From assembly GCA_963717235.1 (NCBI GenBank), contig CAVQVQ010000003.1:310260-374259 (forward strand): a stretch of DNA of 64,000 nucleotides, in the 5' to 3' direction. The notes beneath the pieces were generated by a model. The model was not told the origin of the DNA, did no database searches, and saw nothing but the letters and a program-made list of their open reading frames with translations. Position numbers and translations under genes: made by a program. Each line of letters opens with the position of its first letter. Within the stretch, counting starts at the first letter, position 1. Shown in pieces: positions 57,285 to 64,000 of this stretch. The stretch comes from an uncultured Solirubrobacterales bacterium. GTDB taxonomy: Bacteria > Actinomycetota > Thermoleophilia > Solirubrobacterales > 70-9.

Positions 57285-58346
57285 CTACCCGAAGACCAGG
57301 CCGAAAAGGCCAGAGACGACAATCCAGATCACGACGAGGACCAGGCCGACCACGGGCAGCCACAGGGCGATGATGGTTGCCCACATGAGCAGGCCGATGA
57401 CCGCCATGACCAGAAAGTAGGCGAAGCTCAGTACCGCGTTGACCACCGTCGCCGAAGCCCTGAGGATCGAGCCGAGGGCCGCCGAGGCAGGCTGCAGGCG
57501 GGAGGGAGCTCGTGACACCGGAACCAGGTCAGGCAGCCGGTTCCATTCCGGCCCGGTCTGCTCGAGGTCGTCTCCGCTCACGAGTCGGCCTACGGTCGCC
57601 GGGGTGATCTGGCTGCGTCTGGTGGCGAACCTCCGGACCCGCTGTTCGCTCGTCTGGCGCAGCGTCGGCACCCGGTAGCGCCGGGCGAGCGCGGCGAAGG
57701 CTTCCTGCTCCTCTTCGTCAACCGGCTCTTGCGGAAGCACGATCGCGATCGGACGGGCCTTCTCAGCGCGGAACCCGTCCTCATGAAGCTCGATCCGGCC
57801 CCAGGCCTGAATCACTCCGGTCACCCGGAACTCGCCAGACTCGCGGAACGGGCCGCGCTTGCGGTGGGTTCTGTCCGGCTGGCAGGACCACGGATGGAAG
57901 GCGTAGAGGCCGCAGCTGCAGTCGGGACCGGGCGGGGACAGGCAGTGCCTCGGCAGCCGCCTTTCGCCACCCGGACCACACTCCGCGACAGTGGCCCGAC
58001 CGCCCTGTCGCCATTCGAAACCGCCGTAGCCGCGCAGCCGGCAGCCTTCGCCGTCGGCAAGGTCCAGGTCCCAGGCTCTCACGCCGATCATCAGCCCCGC
58101 GATCAACGGCGGCTCCGGGACTTCGGCAGTGCGCTCGAGCAGGGAAGCCTGCCCTGTCAAGCCGGCACCTCGTCCGGGTCTCGAGCCGGCTCCGGTCGGC
58201 GCTCGGGCGCAGGCGATGGACCGGGCTCCTGGCGATCCGGCTCCCGACGTCCCGGCCCGGCCGGAGGAGCCGGCGCCTTCTCGGGCGCCTCGAGCGGCTC
58301 CACCGTGATCGTCCTCGAAGGTCCGGGAAGGCTCATGGCCGCTCAC
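57285..58346 (-). CDS. Hypothetical protein with a conserved Cys motif (RAW...A.C...H...PDCSCGLYAF ... GFRAEKARP) and two or three C-terminal TM helices
   Basis: GTG overlaps the vWA stop (GTGA). The first about 62 codons are G/A/R/S low-complexity. An alternative reading is a 59-aa P/E-rich ORF (58157..58336) followed by a TTG start at 58160 (TTGA overlap). Confidence 0.55.
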   Translation of the reverse strand: MSGHEPSRTFEDDHGGAARGAREGAGSSGRAGTSGAGSPGARSIACARAPTGAGSRPGRGAGLTGQASLLERTAEVPEPPLIAGLMIGVRAWDLDLADGEGCRLRGYGGFEWRQGGRATVAECGPGGERRLPRHCLSPPGPDCSCGLYAFHPWSCQPDRTHRKRGPFRESGEFRVTGVIQAWGRIELHEDGFRAEKARPIAIVLPQEPVDEEEQEAFAALARRYRVPTLRQTSEQRVRRFATRRSQITPATVGRLVSGDDLEQTGPEWNRLPDLVPVSRAPSRLQPASAALGSILRASATVVNAVLSFAYFLVMAVIGLLMWATIIALWLPVVGLVLVVIWIVVSGLFGLVFG

Positions 58347-59614
58347 TCCTCGCCGCGCGGCTTGCGACCCCGGCGACGGCCCTTCTGGTGGTAGTCGGCC
58401 ATCATGCGCTTGCGGGCCGCGGCCTCGTCGACTTCCATTTCAGTGATGTTCTGGGCCATCCAGCGGTCCTCGGCTTCCCACTCGGCGATGTCAGCCTGGG
58501 GCATGTTCGAGCGATCCTTCGACCGCAGCCGATGCTTCGAACTCCTCATCCTTCTGAGGGCCTGCCGCTTGCGGCCCATCTTCAGATCCTCCGCCGCCAG
58601 TCGCTTGTCGCGCTGGGACTGCTGGAAGGTCAGCTCGGTATCGACCTGCTCGTCCTTGACCCGGCCGGCTGCCTGGTCGCCCGGGACCACGTTCACGTTG
58701 ACCGGGATCTTGGCCAGCTTGCTCTCCATGGTCTCGGTATCGACCCAGCGCAGTTCGATCTCGCAGACCTGCGCCGGCCCGAGCACGGCGATGTCGGGCA
58801 CGTCGATCTCGAAGAGCAGCTTGCGGTTCTCGTCGGCGACCAGCTCACCGAGTTCGACCATGAAGCCGCTCTCGATCTGCGACACGGAGAGGTCGTTGAA
58901 CAGCCTGATTTCGCTGACCGAGTCGCTCGGCTTCACGGTCAGGCTGACCGCCTGCGCGACCTGCTCGAGCAGACCCTCGACCTCGGAGGCCAGCTTGGCA
59001 CCGGCTTCGTCCGCGTCCTCGGCGAAGTGGGAGTTTCCGGACCCGCCGCGACTGATCGCCTCGAGCAGGTCTTCGTCGTAGCCGCGGCCGATACCGATGG
59101 TGGAGATAGTGATGCCTTCCCTGGAACCACCGCCGGCGAAGCTCTCGAGCTCCCGGTGGTCGGTGACTCCCCGATTGGCGTGCCCGTCGGAGAGCAGCAC
59201 CAGGGTCGTCGAAGCGCCGTCGGAGGTGCGCCCGCATTCCTGGACGCCGCGCAGCAGGCCGCCGCCGAGGTTGGTCATCCCGCCGGTTCCGATCTGGTGG
59301 AGCACCTGTCGGATGGCGGTGCCGTCGCCGACCGGAGCGGAAGGAACCGCCACCTGGATCTCGTCGTCGAATACGACCAGACCGAAGACGTCATCGGCGT
59401 GGAGCCGGCCGATCAGGCTGTCGATCGCCTGGAGTGCGGTGACCAGCTGTCCGCCGGCCATCGAGCCGCTGCGGTCCAGCACCACCTGCAGTCGGGCCGG
59501 GTCACGGCGCCTGTCTCCCTTCAGCCCCGGTGCCGCTATCTCCAGCAGCAGATTGACCGTCTCACCCTGATCGACGGCGATTACATTGAAGTCCAGCTTT
59601 GCGTTTAGGTCCAT
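58343..59614 (-). CDS. von Willebrand factor type A (vWA) domain protein with basic C-terminal tail
   Basis: ATG at 59614 (MDLNAKLDFNV...). MIDAS residues are DRSGSM, GGMTNL and LLSDGHAN. C-terminus is K/R-rich. Confidence 0.8.
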   Translation of the reverse strand: MDLNAKLDFNVIAVDQGETVNLLLEIAAPGLKGDRRRDPARLQVVLDRSGSMAGGQLVTALQAIDSLIGRLHADDVFGLVVFDDEIQVAVPSAPVGDGTAIRQVLHQIGTGGMTNLGGGLLRGVQECGRTSDGASTTLVLLSDGHANRGVTDHRELESFAGGGSREGITISTIGIGRGYDEDLLEAISRGGSGNSHFAEDADEAGAKLASEVEGLLEQVAQAVSLTVKPSDSVSEIRLFNDLSVSQIESGFMVELGELVADENRKLLFEIDVPDIAVLGPAQVCEIELRWVDTETMESKLAKIPVNVNVVPGDQAAGRVKDEQVDTELTFQQSQRDKRLAAEDLKMGRKRQALRRMRSSKHRLRSKDRSNMPQADIAEWEAEDRWMAQNITEMEVDEAAARKRMMADYHQKGRRRGRKPRGEE

Positions 59615-59623
59615 CCCCGGAGA

Positions 59624-59650
59624 GTCGGCCGACGGCTCCGATTTCTGACA
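59624..59650 (-). promoter_or_regulatory. Island motif copy b: TGTCAGA-N16-CGAC, 9 nt upstream of the vWA ATG (leaderless transcript predicted)
   Basis: Minus strand reads TGTCAGAaatcggagccgtcggcCGACtctccggggATG. Confidence 0.55.
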
Positions 59651-59676
59651 GCGGCCCAGCCTCCCCGCTTCCACGG

Positions 59677-59976
59677 CTACTCGGGCGAGAAGAAGATGGC
59701 GTAGACGAATGCGGCCGCCCAGCCGAACATGAACAGTGCCACCAGACCTCCGACGGCCCAGGGAATCACCGCCCAGACCGCCCTGTCGATCCAGTCGGCC
59801 ACGGTCGGCGGCTCACCGTCCTTCTGCCGACTGTCCCGTCGCATGCAATAGGACTCGTGGAGGTCGTAGATCAAGGCGCCCACCACGTACAGCGGGATCA
59901 GCATGATGTAGAGGATCCAGTTGCCGATCAGGTATTCGATGCCGGCGATGGAGGTCATCGGCGGTCCGGCCCGCAT
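59677..59976 (-). CDS. Small membrane protein (99 aa, two or three TM helices)
   Basis: IGNWILYIMLIPLYVVGALIY and AVIPWAVGGLVALFMFGWAAAFVYAIFF. Confidence 0.6.
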   Translation of the reverse strand: MRAGPPMTSIAGIEYLIGNWILYIMLIPLYVVGALIYDLHESYCMRRDSRQKDGEPPTVADWIDRAVWAVIPWAVGGLVALFMFGWAAAFVYAIFFSPE

Positions 59977-60007
59977 GTCGGCGTCGAGCAGTTCATCTGA
60001 GACAGGC

Positions 60008-60034
60008 GTCGCCCGCGCGCCGGCCGATCTGACA
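60008..60034 (-). promoter_or_regulatory. Island motif copy c: TGTCAGA-N16-CGAC
   Basis: Minus strand reads TGTCAGAtcggccggcgcgcgggCGAC, between the stop at 60063 and the membrane-protein gene. Confidence 0.5.
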
Positions 60035-60062
60035 ACCCGCCGGGGTCAGGCGCGCACGGCGC

Positions 60063-60452
60063 TCACCAGCCGTCCCACTCGAGCACGGTGTGGGGCGGGG
60101 GCGGCACGCCCGCGTCTCGAGCCCGGCGCACCAGCTCGACCCGCCGATCGGACTCTTCGATCGTCAGCGGCTCCCCGTTCTTCGGCGTCGTGCAGTCGAT
60201 GACCGGCAACTTCTCGTATCTCGCACGGACCTCTTCGTAGGAGAGCTCGCCGATGGGGACGAAGAGGTTGCATGCGTGGATGAAAGACCTCGCAGAGAAG
60301 TTCCTCGCCTGCCACGCCGTCTGATCTCCCGAGGCGATCGCCCCGGGACACCGCTCCAGTTGCTCCCGCCAGAAATCCTCGTCGGTCTCCGGACAGTCGC
60401 TCATCGTCTTCCGTCTGAGGAGTTTCAGCCGGCGCCGGGCGAGGGTCTCCAC
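60063..60452 (-). CDS. Hypothetical protein (ends ...HTVLEWDGW); 5' end ambiguous
   Basis: GTG at 60452 or ATG at 60404 (MSDCPETDEDFW). An ATG at 60544 overlaps the upstream stop and opens MGDKGKACVRAWQNYAGA in another frame. This suggests a frameshift in the ggggcccggg run (about 60484-60493) or a separate 39-aa ORF. Confidence 0.45.
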   Translation of the reverse strand: METLARRRLKLLRRKTMSDCPETDEDFWREQLERCPGAIASGDQTAWQARNFSARSFIHACNLFVPIGELSYEEVRARYEKLPVIDCTTPKNGEPLTIEESDRRVELVRRARDAGVPPPPHTVLEWDGW

Positions 60453-60536
60453 CTCGTCGAACTCCTCCCGGGGCTTCGGCCTCTCGCCCGGGCCCCGGCG
60501 TAGTTCTGCCAGGCCCGGACGCAGGCCTTGCCCTTG

Positions 60537-60824
60537 TCACCCATGTCCCGAGTCCGGCGGGTCGTAGTAGACGATCGGCTCGCGCTTCTCCATGAGGCGT
60601 ATGTCGCGCACGGCCCTTCGCGCCGCCCATCTCGCTCCGCGTTCGGTCAGGGCGGTGCCGCTCTTTCCGGGCAGCCACGGAGCGCGGTTCCACTTGCTCG
60701 GGCGGACGTTCCGCACCTCGACCCGCCAGCTCCACCACCCCGGCAGCGCCGGCTTGAGCTCGATCTTCAGGGGTACGCCCGCGCCCTCGTCGGTGCTGCT
60801 GCGCCGTCGGTCGTCTTCGCTCAC
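60537..60824 (-). CDS. Hypothetical 95-aa protein
   Basis: GTG at 60824 overlaps the stop of the REC-like gene (GTGA). Product is SEDDRRRSSTDEGAGVPLKIELKPALPGWWSWRVEVRNVRPSKWNRAPWLPGKSGTALTERGARWAARRAV... Confidence 0.5.
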   Translation of the reverse strand: MSEDDRRRSSTDEGAGVPLKIELKPALPGWWSWRVEVRNVRPSKWNRAPWLPGKSGTALTERGARWAARRAVRDIRLMEKREPIVYYDPPDSGHG

Positions 60825-61276
60825 GACCCGGCCCCCGCTGCTGCGCGAACGATGTACTTCGGCTGGCTGCCGGTCGAGACGTCCTCGACCGCGACCGGGA
60901 GACGGCCCGGCAGAGTCTCTATCGCCCGCTTCATCCGGTCGCGACCCTCGGGGTTGGCCGTGTGGAGGGTGATCCCGTCGCGCGGCCACATCGGCCGGTC
61001 CTCGGCGCCGTGGAGCTCCTCGAGGAAGTCGATCACCTGGTAGCCCTGGCCGCAGGCGACGTCTCCGTCCAGGTCGTTGTCGAGGGAGAGCTCGACCACA
61101 CGCTCCTGGAGGATCAGCATGCAGACCTCCCGGACCGTGCGCAGGTGGACCCAGCCTTCGGGGGCCAGGCGGAACTCGTTGTCGTCGTCGAGGAAGACGC
61201 GGATCTCGCCCTCACGGGGGAAAGGCCGTCCTTCGGCGTCCCTGAATGCGGTTCTGTAGTTGTGGATCTCAGTCAT
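60821..61276 (-). CDS. Receiver-like domain protein resembling the cyclic-phosphate-processing REC (cPPR) family seen in phage/RNA-repair contexts
   Basis: IRVFLDDDNEF..APEGWVHLRTVREV..VVELSLDNDL...GQGYQVIDFLEE...ITLHTANPEGRDRMKRAI. Assignment is from memory of that family's layout. Confidence 0.5.
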   Translation of the reverse strand: MTEIHNYRTAFRDAEGRPFPREGEIRVFLDDDNEFRLAPEGWVHLRTVREVCMLILQERVVELSLDNDLDGDVACGQGYQVIDFLEELHGAEDRPMWPRDGITLHTANPEGRDRMKRAIETLPGRLPVAVEDVSTGSQPKYIVRAAAGAGS

Positions 61277-61431
61277 CGCTCGCCTTTCCTCTCCCGCTGC
61301 TCCCGCAGGGCACGAGCCCAGCCGGCGGTCACCGGCTGCACTTCGGTTCTCGTACTTCCGCCGACCTTCTTCCAGCCCCGGCGGCCGACGGGCACCCAGC
61401 CCTCGCGTTTCTCATCACTCCTGTCCGACAT
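61273..61431 (-). CDS. Small basic hypothetical protein (52 aa)
   Basis: GGAGGTG-N6-ATG at 61431 gives MSDRSDEKREGWVPVGRRGWKKVGG... The stop overlaps the next start (ATGA). Confidence 0.4.
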   Translation of the reverse strand: MSDRSDEKREGWVPVGRRGWKKVGGSTRTEVQPVTAGWARALREQRERKGER

Positions 61432-61539
61432 GAACGTCACCTCCATCGAATCGGGCTTTCGCACCGTGTCCCTGTGGGATCGGTTGCGGCGGCGTCATCG
61501 GGCCCGGACCCTCGACCGCTCTGAATGGACGGTGCGTAT

Positions 61540-61586
61540 GTCGCACCTGATGGAGAGAGTCTGACAGCGGCACCGCTTTCTGACAA
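61540..61586 (-). promoter_or_regulatory. Island motif copies d2 (61540-61566, perfect TGTCAGA-N16-CGAC) and d1 (61559-61585, TGTCAGA-N16-AGAC), overlapping in tandem
   Basis: Minus strand reads TTGTCAGAaagcggtgccgcTGTCAGActctctccatcaggtgCGACa. It lies at the head of the minus-strand gene string. Confidence 0.55.
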
Positions 61587-61706
61587 CCCCTTGCGGCGGG
61601 CCCCCGGGGAACCGGTCAGTCTTCGTCGAGCGCGCGTCGCACCATCCTCCTGCGGTCAGAGGTCTGAAAGAGTTGGTGCCGAGCCGCAGACCGAAGGAGA
61701 CCCGCA

Positions 61707-62291
61707 TTGGCTGATGACAGAACGCTGGGCGAGAGGTTCGACCTCGCCCTCGAAATGGCCCACCGCTACCACGGTGACCAGAAGAGGAAAGGCGCCGAGA
61801 CCCCGTACTTCGGCCACATACTCGGGGTCGCGTCGCTGGTCATCGACGAAGGCGGAGACGAAGACGAAGCGATCGCCGCCCTGCTCCACGACGCCCCCGA
61901 GGACCAGGGAGGGGAAGAGACCCTGAAGGAGATCCACGACAAGTTCGGGGGTCGGGTGGCGCGAATCGTCTTCGGACTGAGCGACACCTTCGACGACCCG
62001 AAGCCGCCCTGGAAGAAGCGCAAGGAGGACTATCTGGCCCACCTTCGCGAGGAGACCGACCGCTCGGTCCTGCTGGTCTCGATCGCCGACAAGCTCCACA
62101 ACGCCCGCTCGATCGTGCTCGACCAGGCCGACTGCGGCGAAGCGGTCTGGGAGCGGTTCAAGGGAGGCAGGGAAGGCAGCCTCTGGTACTACGGCGAGCT
62201 GGTCAAGATCTTCGACGAGCGCTTCCCCGGCGCCCTGGCCGACGAGTTCAGGCGCACGGTCGAGCGCATCGGAGGCGGAGAGGCAGGATGA
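61707..62291 (+). CDS. HD-domain protein, RelA/SpoT-type (p)ppGpp-hydrolase-like (small alarmone hydrolase-like)
   Basis: HRYHGDQKRKGAETPYFGHILGVA and AALLHDAPED. TTG start after GAAGGAG. Confidence 0.6.
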   Translation: MADDRTLGERFDLALEMAHRYHGDQKRKGAETPYFGHILGVASLVIDEGGDEDEAIAALLHDAPEDQGGEETLKEIHDKFGGRVARIVFGLSDTFDDPKPPWKKRKEDYLAHLREETDRSVLLVSIADKLHNARSIVLDQADCGEAVWERFKGGREGSLWYYGELVKIFDERFPGALADEFRRTVERIGGGEAG

Positions 62292-63625
62292 GCGCCCCGG
62301 GCGAGCTCGCGGCCCTCGTCGCCAGTGAAGCCCGACCACTGACCGGCGCGCCCGGCGACCACGACGAGCTGCTGGAGATGGTCGGCGACGCACAGGTGGT
62401 CCTGCTCGGCGAGGCCAGCCACGGCACCCACGAGTTCTACCGCCAGCGGGCGGTGATCACCAAGCGCCTGATCGAGGAGAGGGGCTTCACCGCGGTGGCT
62501 GTGGAGGCCGACTGGCCCGACGCCTACCGGGTCAACCGCTACGTCAAGGGGGCGAACGACGACGCCGACTCCGAGGCTGCCCTCGGCGGCTTCCGGCGCT
62601 TCCCGACCTGGATGTGGAGGAACGCCGACGTGCTCGACTTCGTCGGCTGGCTGCGCGCCCACAACGAGCCGGCCCGCGAGCCGGCCGGCTTCTACGGCCT
62701 CGACCTCTACTCGCTCTACCGCTCGATCGAGGCGGTCGTCTCCTATCTCGACGGGGTCGACCCGCCGGCCGCCGAAGAGGCCCGCCGGCGCTACTCATGC
62801 TTCGAGAGCTTCGAAGAAAGCCAGGATTACGGCTACGCGGTCTTCGCCGGGATCTCCTCGTCCTGCCGGGCCGGTGTCTACGAACAGCTCAGGCAGCTGG
62901 TCGAAAGCGGCGAGGGCTACCTGCGCCGCGACGGCATCGCCGCCGAAGACGAGCAGTTCCACGCCGAGGAGAACGCGCGGGTGGTGGTCGCGGCCGAGGA
63001 GTACTACCGCGGCATGTTCTCCAGCCCCGACAGCTCCTGGAACCTGCGCGACAGCCACATGGCCGGCACTCTCGAGCGCCTGGTCTCTCACCTCGGACGC
63101 CACGGCGGCAGCAAGACCGTGGTCTGGGCCCACAACTCCCACATCGGCGACGCCCGCCAGACCGCGATGTCGGACCGCGGCGAGCACAACCTCGGCCAGC
63201 TGGTCCGCAGGAGCTTCCCCGGACGCACCGCCCTGGTCGGCTTCACCACATACGACGGCACCGTCAGCGCCGCCTCCAACTGGAACGAGCCGTGCGAGAG
63301 GAAGCGGGTCCGCCCGGCGCTCGAAGGAAGCGTCGAGAGCCTTCTCCACGAGGCCGGGCAGCAGGCCGGCAATGCGGACTTCTGGCTGCCCTTCACCCCC
63401 GGCACCCCGCTGGCCCAAGCCCTGGACCAGCCGATGCTGGAGCGTGCGATCGGTGTCATCTACCGGCCCGAGTCCGAGCGGATCAGCCACTACTTCAACG
63501 CTCGTCCCGCCGCCCAGTTCGATGCTTTGATCCACTTCGACCGGACCCGCGCGGTGGAACCACTCGAGCCGACCGGTGAGTGGCAGGCCGGCGAGCCCCC
63601 CGAGACCTACCCGACGGCGATCTGA
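62288..63625 (+). CDS. Erythromycin esterase (EreA/ChaN-like) family protein
   Basis: VVLLGEASHGTHEFY, AVEADWPDA, FYGLDLYS and VWAHNSHIGDAR. ATGA overlap with the HD gene. Confidence 0.75.
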   Translation: MSAPGELAALVASEARPLTGAPGDHDELLEMVGDAQVVLLGEASHGTHEFYRQRAVITKRLIEERGFTAVAVEADWPDAYRVNRYVKGANDDADSEAALGGFRRFPTWMWRNADVLDFVGWLRAHNEPAREPAGFYGLDLYSLYRSIEAVVSYLDGVDPPAAEEARRRYSCFESFEESQDYGYAVFAGISSSCRAGVYEQLRQLVESGEGYLRRDGIAAEDEQFHAEENARVVVAAEEYYRGMFSSPDSSWNLRDSHMAGTLERLVSHLGRHGGSKTVVWAHNSHIGDARQTAMSDRGEHNLGQLVRRSFPGRTALVGFTTYDGTVSAASNWNEPCERKRVRPALEGSVESLLHEAGQQAGNADFWLPFTPGTPLAQALDQPMLERAIGVIYRPESERISHYFNARPAAQFDALIHFDRTRAVEPLEPTGEWQAGEPPETYPTAI

Positions 63626-63662
63626 GCCGGGACCGGACGGCCGCTACCGGTACGCTCGGCTG

Positions 63663-64000
63663 ATGAGCGAGGCAGCCCGGATCTCAAGCCAGGACGCCCC
63701 CGAGGCCCGCGCCACCCGCGGGCAGGGGCCGATGCACGCCAGCCTGAGCCTCGGCCGGCTGGCCGGGGTCGAAATCGGCATCAACTGGAGCTGGCTGGTG
63801 ATCCTGGCGCTGATCTCGGCCTCCCTCGGGTTCGCCGTCTTTCCGACCACCAACCCCGGATACGGCGGTGGTGTCTACGCGGCGATGGCCGCTGCCGCCG
63901 CGGTGCTCTTCTTCGTATCGCTGCTTCTCCACGAACTCGGCCACGCGCTCGTCGCGCGCCGGGAGGGAATGGAGATCGAGGGCATCGTGCTCTGGCTGTT
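63663..64000 (+). CDS. Site-2 protease (M50) family metalloprotease, 3' end beyond window
   Basis: LGRLAGVEIGINWSW...LLLHELGHALVARREG (HExxH). Start is ATG at 63663 or 63732. Not in the ORF track because no stop falls in the window. Confidence 0.75.
   Translation, partial: MSEAARISSQDAPEARATRGQGPMHASLSLGRLAGVEIGINWSWLVILALISASLGFAVFPTTNPGYGGGVYAAMAAAAAVLFFVSLLLHELGHALVARREGMEIEGIVLWL

Overview
High-GC (roughly 68-70%) actinobacterial-type chromosomal segment. The gene content and secreted-protein families suggest a Thermoleophilia/Solirubrobacterales-like organism, with low confidence. I found no rRNA, tRNA, CRISPR array, transposase or integrase.

Recognisable housekeeping blocks:
- dTDP-rhamnose operon rmlA-D-B-C (1-3385)
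- lhr helicase plus Fpg/Nei glycosylase (3439-8829)
- Crp/Fnr regulator
- CIRCE-controlled groES-groEL (10723-12771)
- ferredoxin and Mrp/ApbC
- glutaryl-CoA dehydrogenase
- mutA-mutB-meaB (31543-36790)
- DtxR-family regulator, WS/DGAT, CopA P-type ATPase
- glutaminase-STAS-cNMP fusion, VapBC, and an SDR

Accessory content:
- Two large Sec-signal proteins with RTX-type C-termini. Their 3' ends are 336 bp identical, and recombination scars lie between them (19.2-25.9 kb).
- Two ELWxxDGT-repeat paralogues flanking an ECF sigma / ZAS anti-sigma fusion (38.9-45.0 kb).

Most interesting region: a ~7 kb island at 54.5-61.6 kb.
- It holds about 12 tightly overlapping, mostly uncharacterised genes: DUF6569/ARPP-1-like, two Zn-ribbon proteins, a small membrane protein, vWA, a Cys-motif/TM protein and a REC-like protein.
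- Its transcription units are each preceded by the same island-specific ECF-like motif, TGTCAGA-N16-CGAC. There are five perfect copies, all correctly oriented, and I found none elsewhere in the window.

Other notable points:
- lhr and nei are separated only by one in-frame TGA that lies inside a 48-bp tandem duplication.
- Apparent frameshifts concentrate in accessory genes.

All calls rest on reading the sequence and on remembered family motifs. No searches were run.
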